Made by a program: the position numbers and the translations under genes | Shown: piece by piece, positions 34,205 to 45,949 of the stretch | Layout: each line of letters opens with the position of its first letter | How positions within the stretch are numbered: position 1 is the first letter of the stretch | Assembly (NCBI GenBank): GCA_900128395.1 | Contig: LT649240.1 | Location: forward strand, 1-64,000 | Length of the DNA stretch: 64,000 nt | Reading direction: 5' to 3' | DNA from: Stramenopiles sp. TOSAG23-2 | Taxonomy: Eukaryota | The notes under the pieces: generated by a model | The model's input: the letters and a program-made list of their open reading frames with translations, nothing else | Database searches by the model: none | Told to the model about the DNA's origin: nothing

Positions 34205-36793
34205 TCAATATGTAATAATCATGCCACCAAACGATATACCCGCAGATGTACCCACTAAACATATTTTATCCCCACGAACAATTCTACCATTTTCAATACC
34301 ATCGATCAAAGTTAATGGAATAGAGACACCAATGCAATTACCATATTTCGAGATTGTTGTTAAGATCTTTTCTTTTTCCCAACCAAGAATACTTAATGCA
34401 TCTAATGCTAATGCAGATGCTTGATGTGGTACTACCCAATTTACATCAAATGTTTGATTTTCATTTGTATCACGATGTAAGCGTAAACTAGATAATCCAT
34501 GATCCAAACCATCCACAAAACGTGCTGTGCATGGTCTTAAATATCTACCAACTAAGCCAATAGTTCCTGGTCCATCCATAATAAATTGAGCATTGTTTAA
34601 ATATGGATCAAACGTACCACCCCCCTTTACCGCGCATAAATCGCTACCAACACCAAAAGTTTCAAAGGAATAATGATTAATTGCACCAGACAGACTTTCA
34701 TTATTATGTAAGACATTTGAGGCAAAAGTTTTTGATGATAAAATAATTGCAGCAGCGCCATCGCCAAATAATGGGGCAGTATGTGGATCGGTTTTGTTCA
34801 CATTATGGGTTCTTCCAGCATTACACGCCGATAAAATAATCGTTCGATGCCTGCCATGTTGAATAAAACTACCAGCAATATCCATAGCAACCACAAAGGA
34901 TAAGCATGTAGCATGAATAGTAAAACTTGGCACACCACTATCACCTAAACCTAATTCATTTTGAATAAGACACGCATCGTCTGGTATCGCTTGATGAGGA
35001 ACTCCACCGCAATGGATAATACAATCCACATCATTGTACAAATCTAAGCCAGCTTTCTTGACAGCATTTTGTATAGCTGCACATGCCAATTGGATTTGAT
35101 TTTCCCCATTTAATAAATTAGCATGATGCCTAGTTACTACTCCACATCGTGTATTTTGAATAGAGCCAATAGGGAAATTCCCTACTTTCTCAACTTCGTC
35201 ATTTGTTACTATTCGTTTTGGCATTGCTTTACCATATCCAATAATAGTTGCATTATATAGTATTGAACAACTTGTTTTTATTTTACCTGGGTCATCATTA
35301 ATAATAATATTATCTTCATTTACTATAGTATGTTTCACATTATTGGCGTACGTAGTACTACTATTTTTCAGTTTTTTACTTTTGACTAGATTATCATTGG
35401 AACGATCAGCCACTTTGTTCATTACATCTATATACAATTTCATTGATTCATTTAAACCTAGATTAGAAACAAGTTGACGGGCTTTATATTTCTTTAAATC
35501 TTTTTCACACATGTGATCAAAACTTTGTGTTTCAGGTATTTCAATGAATCCAGATGTGATAGATTCTTTTTCATTTATTTTCTTTCTTTTTGAAAGCTTT
35601 TCAACTTGTTTATAAGCTCCATAAACTTTCATGCCCTCCTCCTCTGTAAATAAATAAGATAACATTGTCACAAGTTGTGTTGCCAAAAAATATTGTTCTT
35701 CAAGTGTCAATTTTTCGTTTCTCCATGGCCATTTTTGTTTGTTATTTTCATTATCATTACAAGATGAATTATTTGAATCATTTCCTTCCGTACGTTTATT
35801 ATTATTATTATACAGTAAAAAATATAGTTTTAAACGTGTATAAATTCCATATTTATCATTTGCAAAATTTAAAAATAATATTAAGTAAGTTACATATATA
35901 AACAATGATATGCCAATAGACGTGTTTGTCACATTACAGTTGTTGAAAGATGTTGCCGAGAAATTATTGAAATTTTTATGATAATATGCAAAAGATAATA
36001 AAACAATGCCACAAAACATTTGTAAACATTGGACAAATGTTATTAATTTTGGAATTTTACCATGGGATGGAAACCGTTTTCTACCATATTCAGTATAAAC
36101 AATAGCAAAGTAGGCATACATTAAAGAATGGACAGCTAAATTCATAGCAGCAAATGTAGCTGATGGGGCACTTTCATGTGCAAGCTCATTCCATGCCCAT
36201 GGTAAAACAGTTGAATGATGCCAAAAATGTAACATTGAAATTTTCCGTTTTCGCAATATTAAAAAGATGGTATCTCCCAACTCTAAAGCTTTTGAAAATA
36301 CAAATAAACATACCCATAATGATGCTGGGCCATTTTTCACAGCATAAGCATTATCACATGATACGGATACAAAGATATTATAAATATCAACGTTGTTTCT
36401 CATGCTATGTACGGCATTTAAAAAAACATATGGAACCACCCTTGATGTACCATAAATAGAAAAAAGTGCTAAAAAAATATTCCATGCGAAAAAAAAATTA
36501 GAATTTGAAGAACATATTGCTCGTTCCCTTGTTTTCATGATTCGCTGTCCAATTATGACAATGCTAATATATAAACAAACGATGATATACATGGCGTTGT
36601 AATTATTTTTAGCAAATTCAACGAGTGTATCTGGTATAAATTCAAGCTCATATGGTGTATACATATATTTTTCAAAAGTAAATGTTTGTGTTTTTCGTGA
36701 ATTACAATATTTTTCGGGACTGTTATTTTTTACATTGCCATTGTCATAAGCAAAAACATTAGAAATGAAATCCATCATATGGAAGGCAATCAT
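34205..36793 (-). CDS. Fusion protein: ELO (GNS1/SUR4) fatty-acid elongase + acyl-CoA-binding domain + FabH/KAS III-like condensing domain
   Basis: ELO: SKALELGDTIF, LHFWHH, MNLAVHSLMYAYF, ITFVQCLQ. ACBP-like: LEEQYFLA...VYGAYKQ...KKYKA...SMKLYIDVM. KAS III: IHATCLSF, LFGDGAAA, VPHQAS, YGNCIGVSIP, GTSAG. Confidence 0.88.
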   Translation of the reverse strand: MIAFHMMDFISNVFAYDNGNVKNNSPEKYCNSRKTQTFTFEKYMYTPYELEFIPDTLVEFAKNNYNAMYIIVCLYISIVIIGQRIMKTRERAICSSNSNFFFAWNIFLALFSIYGTSRVVPYVFLNAVHSMRNNVDIYNIFVSVSCDNAYAVKNGPASLWVCLFVFSKALELGDTIFLILRKRKISMLHFWHHSTVLPWAWNELAHESAPSATFAAMNLAVHSLMYAYFAIVYTEYGRKRFPSHGKIPKLITFVQCLQMFCGIVLLSFAYYHKNFNNFSATSFNNCNVTNTSIGISLFIYVTYLILFLNFANDKYGIYTRLKLYFLLYNNNNKRTEGNDSNNSSCNDNENNKQKWPWRNEKLTLEEQYFLATQLVTMLSYLFTEEEGMKVYGAYKQVEKLSKRKKINEKESITSGFIEIPETQSFDHMCEKDLKKYKARQLVSNLGLNESMKLYIDVMNKVADRSNDNLVKSKKLKNSSTTYANNVKHTIVNEDNIIINDDPGKIKTSCSILYNATIIGYGKAMPKRIVTNDEVEKVGNFPIGSIQNTRCGVVTRHHANLLNGENQIQLACAAIQNAVKKAGLDLYNDVDCIIHCGGVPHQAIPDDACLIQNELGLGDSGVPSFTIHATCLSFVVAMDIAGSFIQHGRHRTIILSACNAGRTHNVNKTDPHTAPLFGDGAAAIILSSKTFASNVLHNNESLSGAINHYSFETFGVGSDLCAVKGGGTFDPYLNNAQFIMDGPGTIGLVGRYLRPCTARFVDGLDHGLSSLRLHRDTNENQTFDVNWVVPHQASALALDALSILGWEKEKILTTISKYGNCIGVSIPLTLIDGIENGRIVRGDKICLVGTSAGISFGGMIITY

Positions 36794-37182
36794 TGAAAGT
36801 ATAGTTTACAACCTCAACGATGATTATCGTCGTGGTGGTGAATCAAAAAAACGATTGATGTAATTTATATATATGTATTATTACCATGTCTTGTTTATAA
36901 TTTATTATGTGGTGTATCTCTCTCCACTATGGTGCTAGACAGTGGATATCCATGCTGTGTCCATACTGTAATAAAAAGAAAAAAATATTATAAACTGGCT
37001 ATAACCTAAACCAGCTAAGTGCACAAGTGTGCAAAAATAAAAAAGCAAAAATTAAATATACACACAAATAATAACATAACATTATGTAAAGCATTGTATT
37101 ATTATTTTATTTGATTTCAAAGAGAAAATTTTATTCTCTACGTCATAATGACAACCTCGTAGACATGTCAAATAATAAATTT

Positions 37183-40100
37183 TTACACCAACATGATTTC
37201 AGGAACAGGATTTGGTTTGTTACGACGAGTGTTATTTTCATAGTCGGAGGTATTATTAATATCCACATTTGCATTTATATCTACACTTATTGAATCAAGT
37301 TTCCGTTTGTTACCGATTATTTTATTCCTGTCATCATCATTATTGGTATCGTCATTTGGACCTGTTGTACTATCATCATCGATTATTACTATTGGGTTAT
37401 TATGAGTGATGCCAATTGGGTTTTCTTTTCTTAATGGTAAAATATCATCATCAACGCTACTGCTAGCACTACTAGTACTACTATCATCACTTTGTTCAGC
37501 TCGTCGTCTTATGTCATTTGTTGTCGAATCATTTGTTGCATTCTTTGTAATACTGATACCTGCATCATTGTCAGGATTTAGATTCTTACCAGTTTGTTCA
37601 CTTATGTCATTTATCTGTTCGTCTTGAACTGAATCTTCTTTCAAGCTTTTTGATGCCTGTTTTATATTATTACTATTCATCATTGCTTTTTCTGCATCAT
37701 AATTGCTATATTTATTACTAGTGATTTCTTCATGTAAATTCATCATACTGCTACTACCATTTGTACAATCATTGTTTTTTGCTGTTTTCTTAGTGCACAT
37801 TGGGCAAAACCATGTCCCCTCTGGTATGACGTGCAACGGTGGGTCTAAACATTGCATATGGTATACAAGTCGACAGCTTCCGCTTTCACAACACAAAAGA
37901 TTACCACCTGACCCACAAACCTCGCAAGAATCGTTATATTCGTCTTCTTCGTCGTAAGGATTAACTTTTTTTGGAACATAATTAGCTTTGAAATATTCTC
38001 CTTGCTCGCTTTGAATAAAGTATAAATAATAATATTCCACTAAATCTACAATTTTAATTTCTGATAGATAATCATGATGTATCTTGTAGAAATCAGTCCC
38101 TTCTTTCATAACAGCATCGTAAAATTTTTCTTTTTCATCCGCGGTAAATAATCTTTTAATACCATTATTTTTTGTGTGACTCACACCTACAGCTAAGTTA
38201 AACACTTCCAAAATGTTATAGTTAGCTTTAGCTAATAAATCCAATTGATACTCAATCGTGCCACCAATTTTCTCTGCAGCTTCCTTTAAATAATTATCGA
38301 CCAATTCTTCCCAACGATTGCCCAACACCTCCTTTGCATCTTCTACACTCCAAAGTAAACGATCTTTTTCTAAATTTTTCACTTTCATTAAATATTTATT
38401 GCTGGCATCTGTACTACTGGAATCTATAATTATATTTGGAATCTTATCAGGCTCCACTTGATAATGTCCACCAAGCCGGACTTTTTTTCTTTTTTGTTGT
38501 TTCTTTCTATATTGTTTTTTCCCGCTTCTTGGAGATATGTTACTAATACTGTTAGACCTGTACAAAGCTGCTTTTTTATCGCGTTTCGCTGCTGCAATTT
38601 TCCGTTTTTTCGCTGCCCTGGCTGCTGCTGCTTTTTTTTTCTTTGCTAAGGTCGCTGCTTTCCGTTTTGCAACTAATGCTTTCTTCCTTCGAGTTGTTTC
38701 CCTTTCGTCCTCACTACTACTTTCCTCACTACTACTTTCTTCCTCATAGCTGCTGTCACCATCATCTTCGCTGCTGCTGCTTTCCTCCTCCTCACTGCTA
38801 CTCTCCTCTTCGCTGCTTATTTCCTTACTCTTTGTAGACATCACACCGCTTGCATGTGCCCCCTTTTGCAACTCTAAAATCAATTTAGACCTCCTATTTG
38901 AAATACCACCATCTGGAAGTTCTGCGATTTCACCATTCATCATCCTTTTATATGTCCGACTTTCTTTTACATCGCTGTCTTTTACATTGTTCAATAATTT
39001 ATCAACTTCCGCATTCACTTCATTTAATTTCTTCATGATTTCATTTATAGAAGTGATTTTAATAGCATCATCATTACCAAAATGATTAGACATATCAGGT
39101 TCAAGGGTATCCCACGTATTCTTCAATTGCAAGCTACGATCGCTTAACAATTTTATATCTTTTAAAAGGCTCGTTTTCATACCTAAAGCAGTTGAAAAAC
39201 TTTTATATTTCAGTGCTTTTAATTCGTTGTATGTAAGGTTTGGTTTTGCAATAAAACCTAGACGTATTATTTTATCTCCATTTGCATTCTCACCAGCAGG
39301 TATATCTTCACACCTTTCAATTTCATCCTTCAACTTCCTTACAATCATATCAAAGTCAGAGTTAACATCGTATCGACTATTTTGTATCATAGAAAGTATC
39401 ATCCCTTTCTTGATGTTTTTTCCCCAGCACGCTTTGTTTTCCAAAACTTGATCTACAACACAACCTAAATTTTCCTTTGGCTTACATGTATTTACCTCCA
39501 AGCCTATGGTTCCTTTAGAAGGATACACTTTAATAATAATTTCATTTCTGGCACACGCATTCCATGTTTTATGCATGGATTCAGGTAATTGATTCCACTG
39601 CTCATTAATTTTTTCCGCGACAGCAATTGGAATAGTCATGTCGCTTCTAACAAGTACTGTTTCATATTTTTTATTTTCCGTATCGTATTCATCCCACACC
39701 TGATCTCGCATCTCTGATGCGAATAGCTGAAATCCTGTTCTTGGAGCGACAGGACGTAACTTTGAATGCTTTCTTTTTTTCACTACATTTAATATCTCCG
39801 TAGTTTCTTCTTTTTCTTCTTCTTCTTCTTTATCATCATCATCATCAATGCTCTCTTCCTCTCTTTGTTCGTCATCATCAATATTATTCTCCTTCTCGTT
39901 ATTTTCTACTATTTGCTTGTTACTATTCTTATTTTCTACTACTTCATTATTATTATTCTTGTTTTTAAACATTGCTGTCGTTCCATCAATCTTTTTATTC
40001 AACAGTCGTTTATTTCTGGACGAACGAACAAAACCTAGTCGTAACACAGCACTGTGATTTAACACATCATTCTGTTTCGCACAAGCTATTTTATTATCAA

Positions 40101-40758
40101 CTAAATCTGCAACTACCTTATCATAATTTGATTTGGCATCATAATGAGTATTCTGTATTAAGGAAAGTATCATACCCTTTTGGATATTTTTTAAGCCGCA
40201 TAACTTATCTTGTGCAATTTTTTGAACCAAACAACCCTCTTCATTCTTTTTGTTACAAGCAACTAATTCCAAACCAAGTTGTACTTGGCCGGATGGATAT
40301 AAATATATAATTAAATCGTGGGTATACCCACCTATTTGATCTAAAGGCAATAGACGCGGAATGCTGTGGTAAGTAAAACCCAACAGTAAAGATTTAGAGT
40401 CGTTTTGAATATCATTTTGTTGTATACATTCTTTTATACTTGCTCTCAAGTGATCAACCATTTTTTGATAATTTGCATGAATATCATATGAAGTATTTTG
40501 AATAAAGGAAAGAATCATGCCCTTTTGAACTCCAAAACCGCTACACAAACCACCATTTTTGATTTTGCTCACACATAAACCCTCACCCTTGTCCTCATCA
40601 ATCGGATCTACTGATAAGCCTAGGAGGGTTGCTTTGGAGTTAGGAAATATTGACAATCTTATCATATTATTATTGATATTGGGTTCGATGGTGGTGGTGG
40701 TGGTGGTGGTGATGGTATTAGTAGTAATGTTTGCATGAGAAATGTTTACACCATTCAT
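37183..40758 (-). CDS. Chromatin protein: PDZ-like x2, HMG box, PDZ-like, ELM2-SANT, PHD finger
   Basis: PHD CEVCGSGGNLLCCESGSCRLVYHMQCLDPPL..PEGTWFCPMC; SANT FTADEKEKFYDAV..EGTDF; ELM2 VRLGGHYQ; HMG PRTGFQLF...WNQL; three xxKGMILSxIQN repeats. Confidence 0.75.
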   Translation of the reverse strand: MNGVNISHANITTNTITTTTTTTIEPNINNNMIRLSIFPNSKATLLGLSVDPIDEDKGEGLCVSKIKNGGLCSGFGVQKGMILSFIQNTSYDIHANYQKMVDHLRASIKECIQQNDIQNDSKSLLLGFTYHSIPRLLPLDQIGGYTHDLIIYLYPSGQVQLGLELVACNKKNEEGCLVQKIAQDKLCGLKNIQKGMILSLIQNTHYDAKSNYDKVVADLVDNKIACAKQNDVLNHSAVLRLGFVRSSRNKRLLNKKIDGTTAMFKNKNNNNEVVENKNSNKQIVENNEKENNIDDDEQREEESIDDDDDKEEEEEKEETTEILNVVKKRKHSKLRPVAPRTGFQLFASEMRDQVWDEYDTENKKYETVLVRSDMTIPIAVAEKINEQWNQLPESMHKTWNACARNEIIIKVYPSKGTIGLEVNTCKPKENLGCVVDQVLENKACWGKNIKKGMILSMIQNSRYDVNSDFDMIVRKLKDEIERCEDIPAGENANGDKIIRLGFIAKPNLTYNELKALKYKSFSTALGMKTSLLKDIKLLSDRSLQLKNTWDTLEPDMSNHFGNDDAIKITSINEIMKKLNEVNAEVDKLLNNVKDSDVKESRTYKRMMNGEIAELPDGGISNRRSKLILELQKGAHASGVMSTKSKEISSEEESSSEEEESSSSEDDGDSSYEEESSSEESSSEDERETTRRKKALVAKRKAATLAKKKKAAAARAAKKRKIAAAKRDKKAALYRSNSISNISPRSGKKQYRKKQQKRKKVRLGGHYQVEPDKIPNIIIDSSSTDASNKYLMKVKNLEKDRLLWSVEDAKEVLGNRWEELVDNYLKEAAEKIGGTIEYQLDLLAKANYNILEVFNLAVGVSHTKNNGIKRLFTADEKEKFYDAVMKEGTDFYKIHHDYLSEIKIVDLVEYYYLYFIQSEQGEYFKANYVPKKVNPYDEEDEYNDSCEVCGSGGNLLCCESGSCRLVYHMQCLDPPLHVIPEGTWFCPMCTKKTAKNNDCTNGSSSMMNLHEEITSNKYSNYDAEKAMMNSNNIKQASKSLKEDSVQDEQINDISEQTGKNLNPDNDAGISITKNATNDSTTNDIRRRAEQSDDSSTSSASSSVDDDILPLRKENPIGITHNNPIVIIDDDSTTGPNDDTNNDDDRNKIIGNKRKLDSISVDINANVDINNTSDYENNTRRNKPNPVPEIMLV

Positions 40759-41337
40759 ATTGTAATTAAAAATTCCAAACCAATATTCCCAGATCACACT
40801 TTGAAATGGATACGTGTATATATATATATATATATATATGATATTCTATGTACAATACATACATGATGGCAATACAACCCGATATATTCTATTATTGTAA
40901 TATTCTTTATTATTATTCCTATATATATTTTAATTTTATTTATTTCCACCACTGCCACTGGTATAATAAGTCGTCTATAAATAATAATGGTGCAATGGTG
41001 CAATGCATTTTTAAATTTAAAAAAAAATAAATAGAGTAGTCGTCTGGTACAGTAGTGTTGCTAGTATAATAGTGATGTAGGTGTGGTTTATCCATTTATC
41101 CATTTATCCAGCAGTATAGTATAGTAGTAGTGCTATCTACATACAGGCGAGTGGTAAATACAGGATACAGGATACAGGTAACCAATATCCATTATGATAT
41201 ACACTAATAGTATATATAATATACGGTATATTATTCTAATTATAGTTGCTATGTTTCCCTTTTTATTTTATTCATCTCCCCGGCCGACTCCTCCATCCAG
41301 TCGTCTCCAGGCTCTCTCTTTCACATTAATCCGTATT

Positions 41338-43665
41338 TTAAAATTCATGTTGCATTTTAAAACTCACAAATGATTTATAAACTTTATCACCTGGATCATC
41401 CCAACTATTTGACATTTCTTCAAAAACTCTCGGATCTGCAATTGTTGACCAAATTTGTGATGCAGCTTTTTCTTCATCATCATTGTTGTCTTCAGATCGA
41501 ATGATATTCATGCTATTTTTACCTTTGCCTTGCTCCATCATAGCTACTCCATAATCACTGCCTCCAGCCATAAAACTACCAACACCACGTTTTGCAAAAG
41601 TAGCAGGTCCACACACATCGCCTAAAGAAGGATGTGCTTCAATTTTATCACATACTGTTGACATAATTGCATTTGTCCTTGGAGCAATATAAAACCATAA
41701 TACATATGGTGTCATCAATGCGCTTGCAACATCTTCTAAAAAGCAAATAATCGGATGCTTAAATTTCGAGCAAAATTCATCGTATACTTGTTGTGTATGC
41801 CCACGATTACGCCAGGTTAATGGCATATAATGCGTATGAACTGCAACTTCTTCTAAAGCTTGATTCGGATCTTTCATAACATCATGATCTTGAGATGCTG
41901 GCGATGGTACAAATGATCGAGATGCACCCAAGACTAAACCACTTACGGTTAATAGTTGCAAAATAGTTAAATCTCCGAGTTGTACTGTTAATAAAGGGTC
42001 ATTTACGAGCACTAATGATATGAAAATGATACCAACAATTCCGCCAGCAATAAATGATATACAGCGTGCAAGCACAACTAGGCAAGGATTATGAAATTGT
42101 CTTAAATATGACATACCTTTTGGTATGCTCAACGCCATTCTTTTCTCAAACACATGAGGCAATTCATTGTATTCACGAAACTGCCATTTCGCCATCGGTG
42201 TCCATTGAGATGTATGCAACGGACTTTTTGTATTTTTTTGATGGAATTCATGTGCAACATTTAGAACAAAATATACAATTAAAAATGCTACGAAGAAAGG
42301 CATGACGATTAACATTAAGATTGCAATAATCCTCAATTTAAAACGTAACCAATTGCCCGCACTACCATTTTTCCACCCGCCTCGTATTCTAAAATCTTTT
42401 GAAAAAATATCTTTAACAATCCCAACGTATATGCTCCATTTCAAACTTTTACCTAAATAGATTGGTAAGGTCCCAATACTATTTTTACATATACAATGTA
42501 AAAATGGAACGTCAATCGTAACATCGAAGAATCCTTTATTAATTAAATGTATGAAAATATTATCTTCCCTCATAATTCTCATAGCAATATCATGTGCCGT
42601 AGGAGGTTCCTCCGTCAATTGCACACGTTGCCCATTCTTATGCAAATCTCTCATTTTACCAACAACTTTATCCCATGACATAATTTGCAATTCAGAATTA
42701 CTTATATGTAAATGATCATGAAAGAATTTACTAATGCGTCTAATCTTCCATATATCATAAAATATGAAAAGGAAAAGATTCCATGCCCAATAACATGAAA
42801 AAACGATTAAATACAATACAACTACAATACCCCATAAGCTTTGCGAACTGTTTTCCAATGGGTTTACGTGTATGTATGAAGATAAATCTTTTTGGCAACC
42901 ACTTGCTGATTTACACTCTGTTTTTAATTTAGTCCAATTTACCCATACAAAACAAAATGCTGAAATTGCAATGGTGAAAAATAAAGTCAATAAATCTGAT
43001 ATTTTAGAACATATAAACGTCGAAGCACCTTTTTCATAATAAAATTCATAACAATTTGTATAAAACTCATCTAAATTGTCACCAAACGAATCCCATACGC
43101 CATCGGTAACTGTCTTATGTTGCCCACTTAACATGCCACTATGTTCATCGTATGAAAAATCTTCACCATCGTCTTCTGTCATATTATTTTCATCTTCCGT
43201 TGTACTTGCTGAAGACATATATAAAGTATTATCATCATTATCATTGCTATTTACTAACGATTCATACCCACTTGGGTTATTTACAGTTTTCATGTTTGAT
43301 TTTAGAGGAGTTACAACATTTTTTGCACAATTTAATGCCATCCCGACTGCACCGGTTGCACGCTCTAGTGTAACTCCTGAAGAAGATTGTTTTTGCTCTG
43401 ATTTGTTTGAATAATGATGGTTTTGTATTTTACCTGATGATATATTATTATTATTATTATTATTATTATCGTTGTTGTTAGTATAACGATTAATCTTGCC
43501 GTTGTTGTTATTATTATTGGTTAATGTTTCAAGATTATTGTTGATATTAATATTGTTATTTCTGTTTATATTGTTGGATGTAGTTTTAGTTGCTTGTTCA
43601 ATATTTTCGTCTTCGTTTAACTCTTTCCAAAATGAATTTGATTCACCGGTCGTTGAGGATGTCAT
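41338..43665 (-). CDS. ATG9: Autophagy-related protein 9
   Basis: NLDEFYTNCYEFYYEKG, AHDIAMRIMREDN, WTPMAKWQFREYNELPHVF, HTHYMP, LGDVC. Confidence 0.93.
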   Translation of the reverse strand: MTSSTTGESNSFWKELNEDENIEQATKTTSNNINRNNNININNNLETLTNNNNNNGKINRYTNNNDNNNNNNNNISSGKIQNHHYSNKSEQKQSSSGVTLERATGAVGMALNCAKNVVTPLKSNMKTVNNPSGYESLVNSNDNDDNTLYMSSASTTEDENNMTEDDGEDFSYDEHSGMLSGQHKTVTDGVWDSFGDNLDEFYTNCYEFYYEKGASTFICSKISDLLTLFFTIAISAFCFVWVNWTKLKTECKSASGCQKDLSSYIHVNPLENSSQSLWGIVVVLYLIVFSCYWAWNLFLFIFYDIWKIRRISKFFHDHLHISNSELQIMSWDKVVGKMRDLHKNGQRVQLTEEPPTAHDIAMRIMREDNIFIHLINKGFFDVTIDVPFLHCICKNSIGTLPIYLGKSLKWSIYVGIVKDIFSKDFRIRGGWKNGSAGNWLRFKLRIIAILMLIVMPFFVAFLIVYFVLNVAHEFHQKNTKSPLHTSQWTPMAKWQFREYNELPHVFEKRMALSIPKGMSYLRQFHNPCLVVLARCISFIAGGIVGIIFISLVLVNDPLLTVQLGDLTILQLLTVSGLVLGASRSFVPSPASQDHDVMKDPNQALEEVAVHTHYMPLTWRNRGHTQQVYDEFCSKFKHPIICFLEDVASALMTPYVLWFYIAPRTNAIMSTVCDKIEAHPSLGDVCGPATFAKRGVGSFMAGGSDYGVAMMEQGKGKNSMNIIRSEDNNDDEEKAASQIWSTIADPRVFEEMSNSWDDPGDKVYKSFVSFKMQHEF

Positions 43666-44408
43666 TTTATATTTTTATTTTATGACGTATAACAGTTATT
43701 GTTTTTTCCCCCGTTTCTATTGTTATATATTTTCAATATATATATGTTTCCTGTTTAGATACTTTTTATATATTAAATAATTCTTGTGTTGATCTGATTG
43801 TGTATATGTATCGCTATCTTCCGTTACTGTTTCCATCTATTTTGTATATTTCTTAGTGATGTATAAAATATGTATGTGCATGTATTTGTTGTTGTTACTA
43901 CTGATGTGTAGTAGCTAATAGCAATTAAGTGATATTATTGTTGGTCTTCTTGGTATTTTTCAATCTCGATTCCCATACTATTTTCATCGTAGCTGGCGAT
44001 AAATAAATGACAAGGAAAGGTTCTCGCATTTTCTTAAGCTTATGTCATCAATAAATCTATACGCTGCCATTTAGTAAGGTGGGCCATAGCATTAATTACC
44101 ATAGAATCCATTATAAGTACATATTTTTGTATATATTAATATTCCTATTTAATTGAAAACTTTTTGTTTTTTTTGATGAGGAGATCATCTGGGAGATCGA
44201 GACGTTACCAGGTATAAAACCGATTTCGTTCTTCCGATTTATATATGATAATATATGATAGAATCAAACATAATAATAATAATATAGACAATAAGAACAT
44301 CAATAATTACTTATGCACGATACAATACATTATAATAAAACATTCAAAGAGACAACAGCAACACTAAACAAGAAAGTAATAAATATTATATGTAATTAAA
44401 AACAGAAT

Positions 44409-45635
44409 ATGTGGAGATCCGATCAAACAGATGATATGATAGATGACGATGAAGTCATTAAACCATCAAACAGTAATAATAATAATAGTAATACACTAGG
44501 ACGTAACAATAGCAATGTTTTAAAACAAAGTAAAATGCAAAACGATCAAAATATTATCAATAATGAGGAAGTATTGCAACGGAGGAAACGTACCAATCAT
44601 CGCATGCAAGCATATGGTGAGCGTGAACGGTTTTTACCACAGATTGCATGGAAACGTGCCTTGTTTATGGCATTATGCCAAGGACATGTACCTATGATTG
44701 AAAATATCCTTGCAGAACATCCACGTGCGGTAAACCAACGTATATTTGATATGGGATTTCAAATTGGTTTAGGAGGTGCTATGAAATTTTTAGAATGCTC
44801 TGCACCTTTACATGTAACATGTTGGAATGGACAAGCAGCAGCAACACGCTGGTTGTTGAACCACGGTGCTTCGCCAACACTTAAAGATGGTTTAAATCAA
44901 AGTCCAGTTGAAATAGCACGTACCAATGAAATAAAACAAATTTTAGGTGCAGCGAAAGGTATCATTAAATTGGATGACAAACTTAGTCGTGTTGAATATC
45001 AAGCAGCATATACCGTAAAAGAAATGGGTTCAAAATTGCATACGCAAATACAACGTGTATTTGCACAACTTGGTACGATTGAACATGATATAGAAATCAG
45101 TGCACGAAGACATTGTAAGGAAGAAATGAAACATTTAGAACTGGATATGAAGGAAGAAATGAAAGAGGATTTATTAGATTTTAGAAAACAAATGAGAAAA
45201 ATGATGCAAGAGGAAAATGCATCGAAATACATTGCAAAGTTAGAAAAAAAATTGAAAAACACAAATAGTAAAGTGAAAGATGTAGAAAAATATGTAAAAG
45301 ATACAACGCATGAAAACGAACGAAGATTAAAAGATATTGAAGATGAGCAAGATGAATTGATGAAAAATGGAGGAAAATTCAATAATAATAAAAAAGAAAC
45401 AAAGAATTATGATTCAGATGATTCAGCAGCAGAAGTAGAAGCAGGTGCTGGTGGTGCATATAATAATGGAAATAATGAACGATTAAAACGTCAAGTGACA
45501 AAATTAGAATCAAAAATAGTTAGGTTGGAACGTAAAATTAAAGATATTGAAACTCCACATGAAAGACTAGATGATCTTCATGATAGGTTACTTAAAATAG
45601 AAAACAAAAAGAGTAGCACTTGCGCTGTTATGTAA
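44409..45635 (+). CDS. Ankyrin-repeat coiled-coil protein with CaaX box
   Basis: APLHVTCWNGQ...LLNHGASP..KD...SP, long coiled coil, C-terminal CAVM. Confidence 0.75.
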   Translation: MWRSDQTDDMIDDDEVIKPSNSNNNNSNTLGRNNSNVLKQSKMQNDQNIINNEEVLQRRKRTNHRMQAYGERERFLPQIAWKRALFMALCQGHVPMIENILAEHPRAVNQRIFDMGFQIGLGGAMKFLECSAPLHVTCWNGQAAATRWLLNHGASPTLKDGLNQSPVEIARTNEIKQILGAAKGIIKLDDKLSRVEYQAAYTVKEMGSKLHTQIQRVFAQLGTIEHDIEISARRHCKEEMKHLELDMKEEMKEDLLDFRKQMRKMMQEENASKYIAKLEKKLKNTNSKVKDVEKYVKDTTHENERRLKDIEDEQDELMKNGGKFNNNKKETKNYDSDDSAAEVEAGAGGAYNNGNNERLKRQVTKLESKIVRLERKIKDIETPHERLDDLHDRLLKIENKKSSTCAVM

Positions 45636-45949
45636 TATATATATATATATTATATTAATAATATATAACATGAGAATATCAACATCCTATTAGCTGGCTA
45701 GTGTGAGATGATAGATATTATGATACTGCCTCAGTTATTGTATATTCTTTTGAAGAGTATGATAGAAATTACTATAAGTAAAATTAAAAAAAATACACGC
45801 TATAAAATGCGTTTTTGAAGAGTATGATAGAAATTACTATAAGTAAAATTAAAAAAAATACACGCTAAAATGCGTAAATTAAAATTATAAAAGAGAGATA
45901 CACGTATACTGTATATCATTATATATATTAAATCACGAAGTTGGTATAT

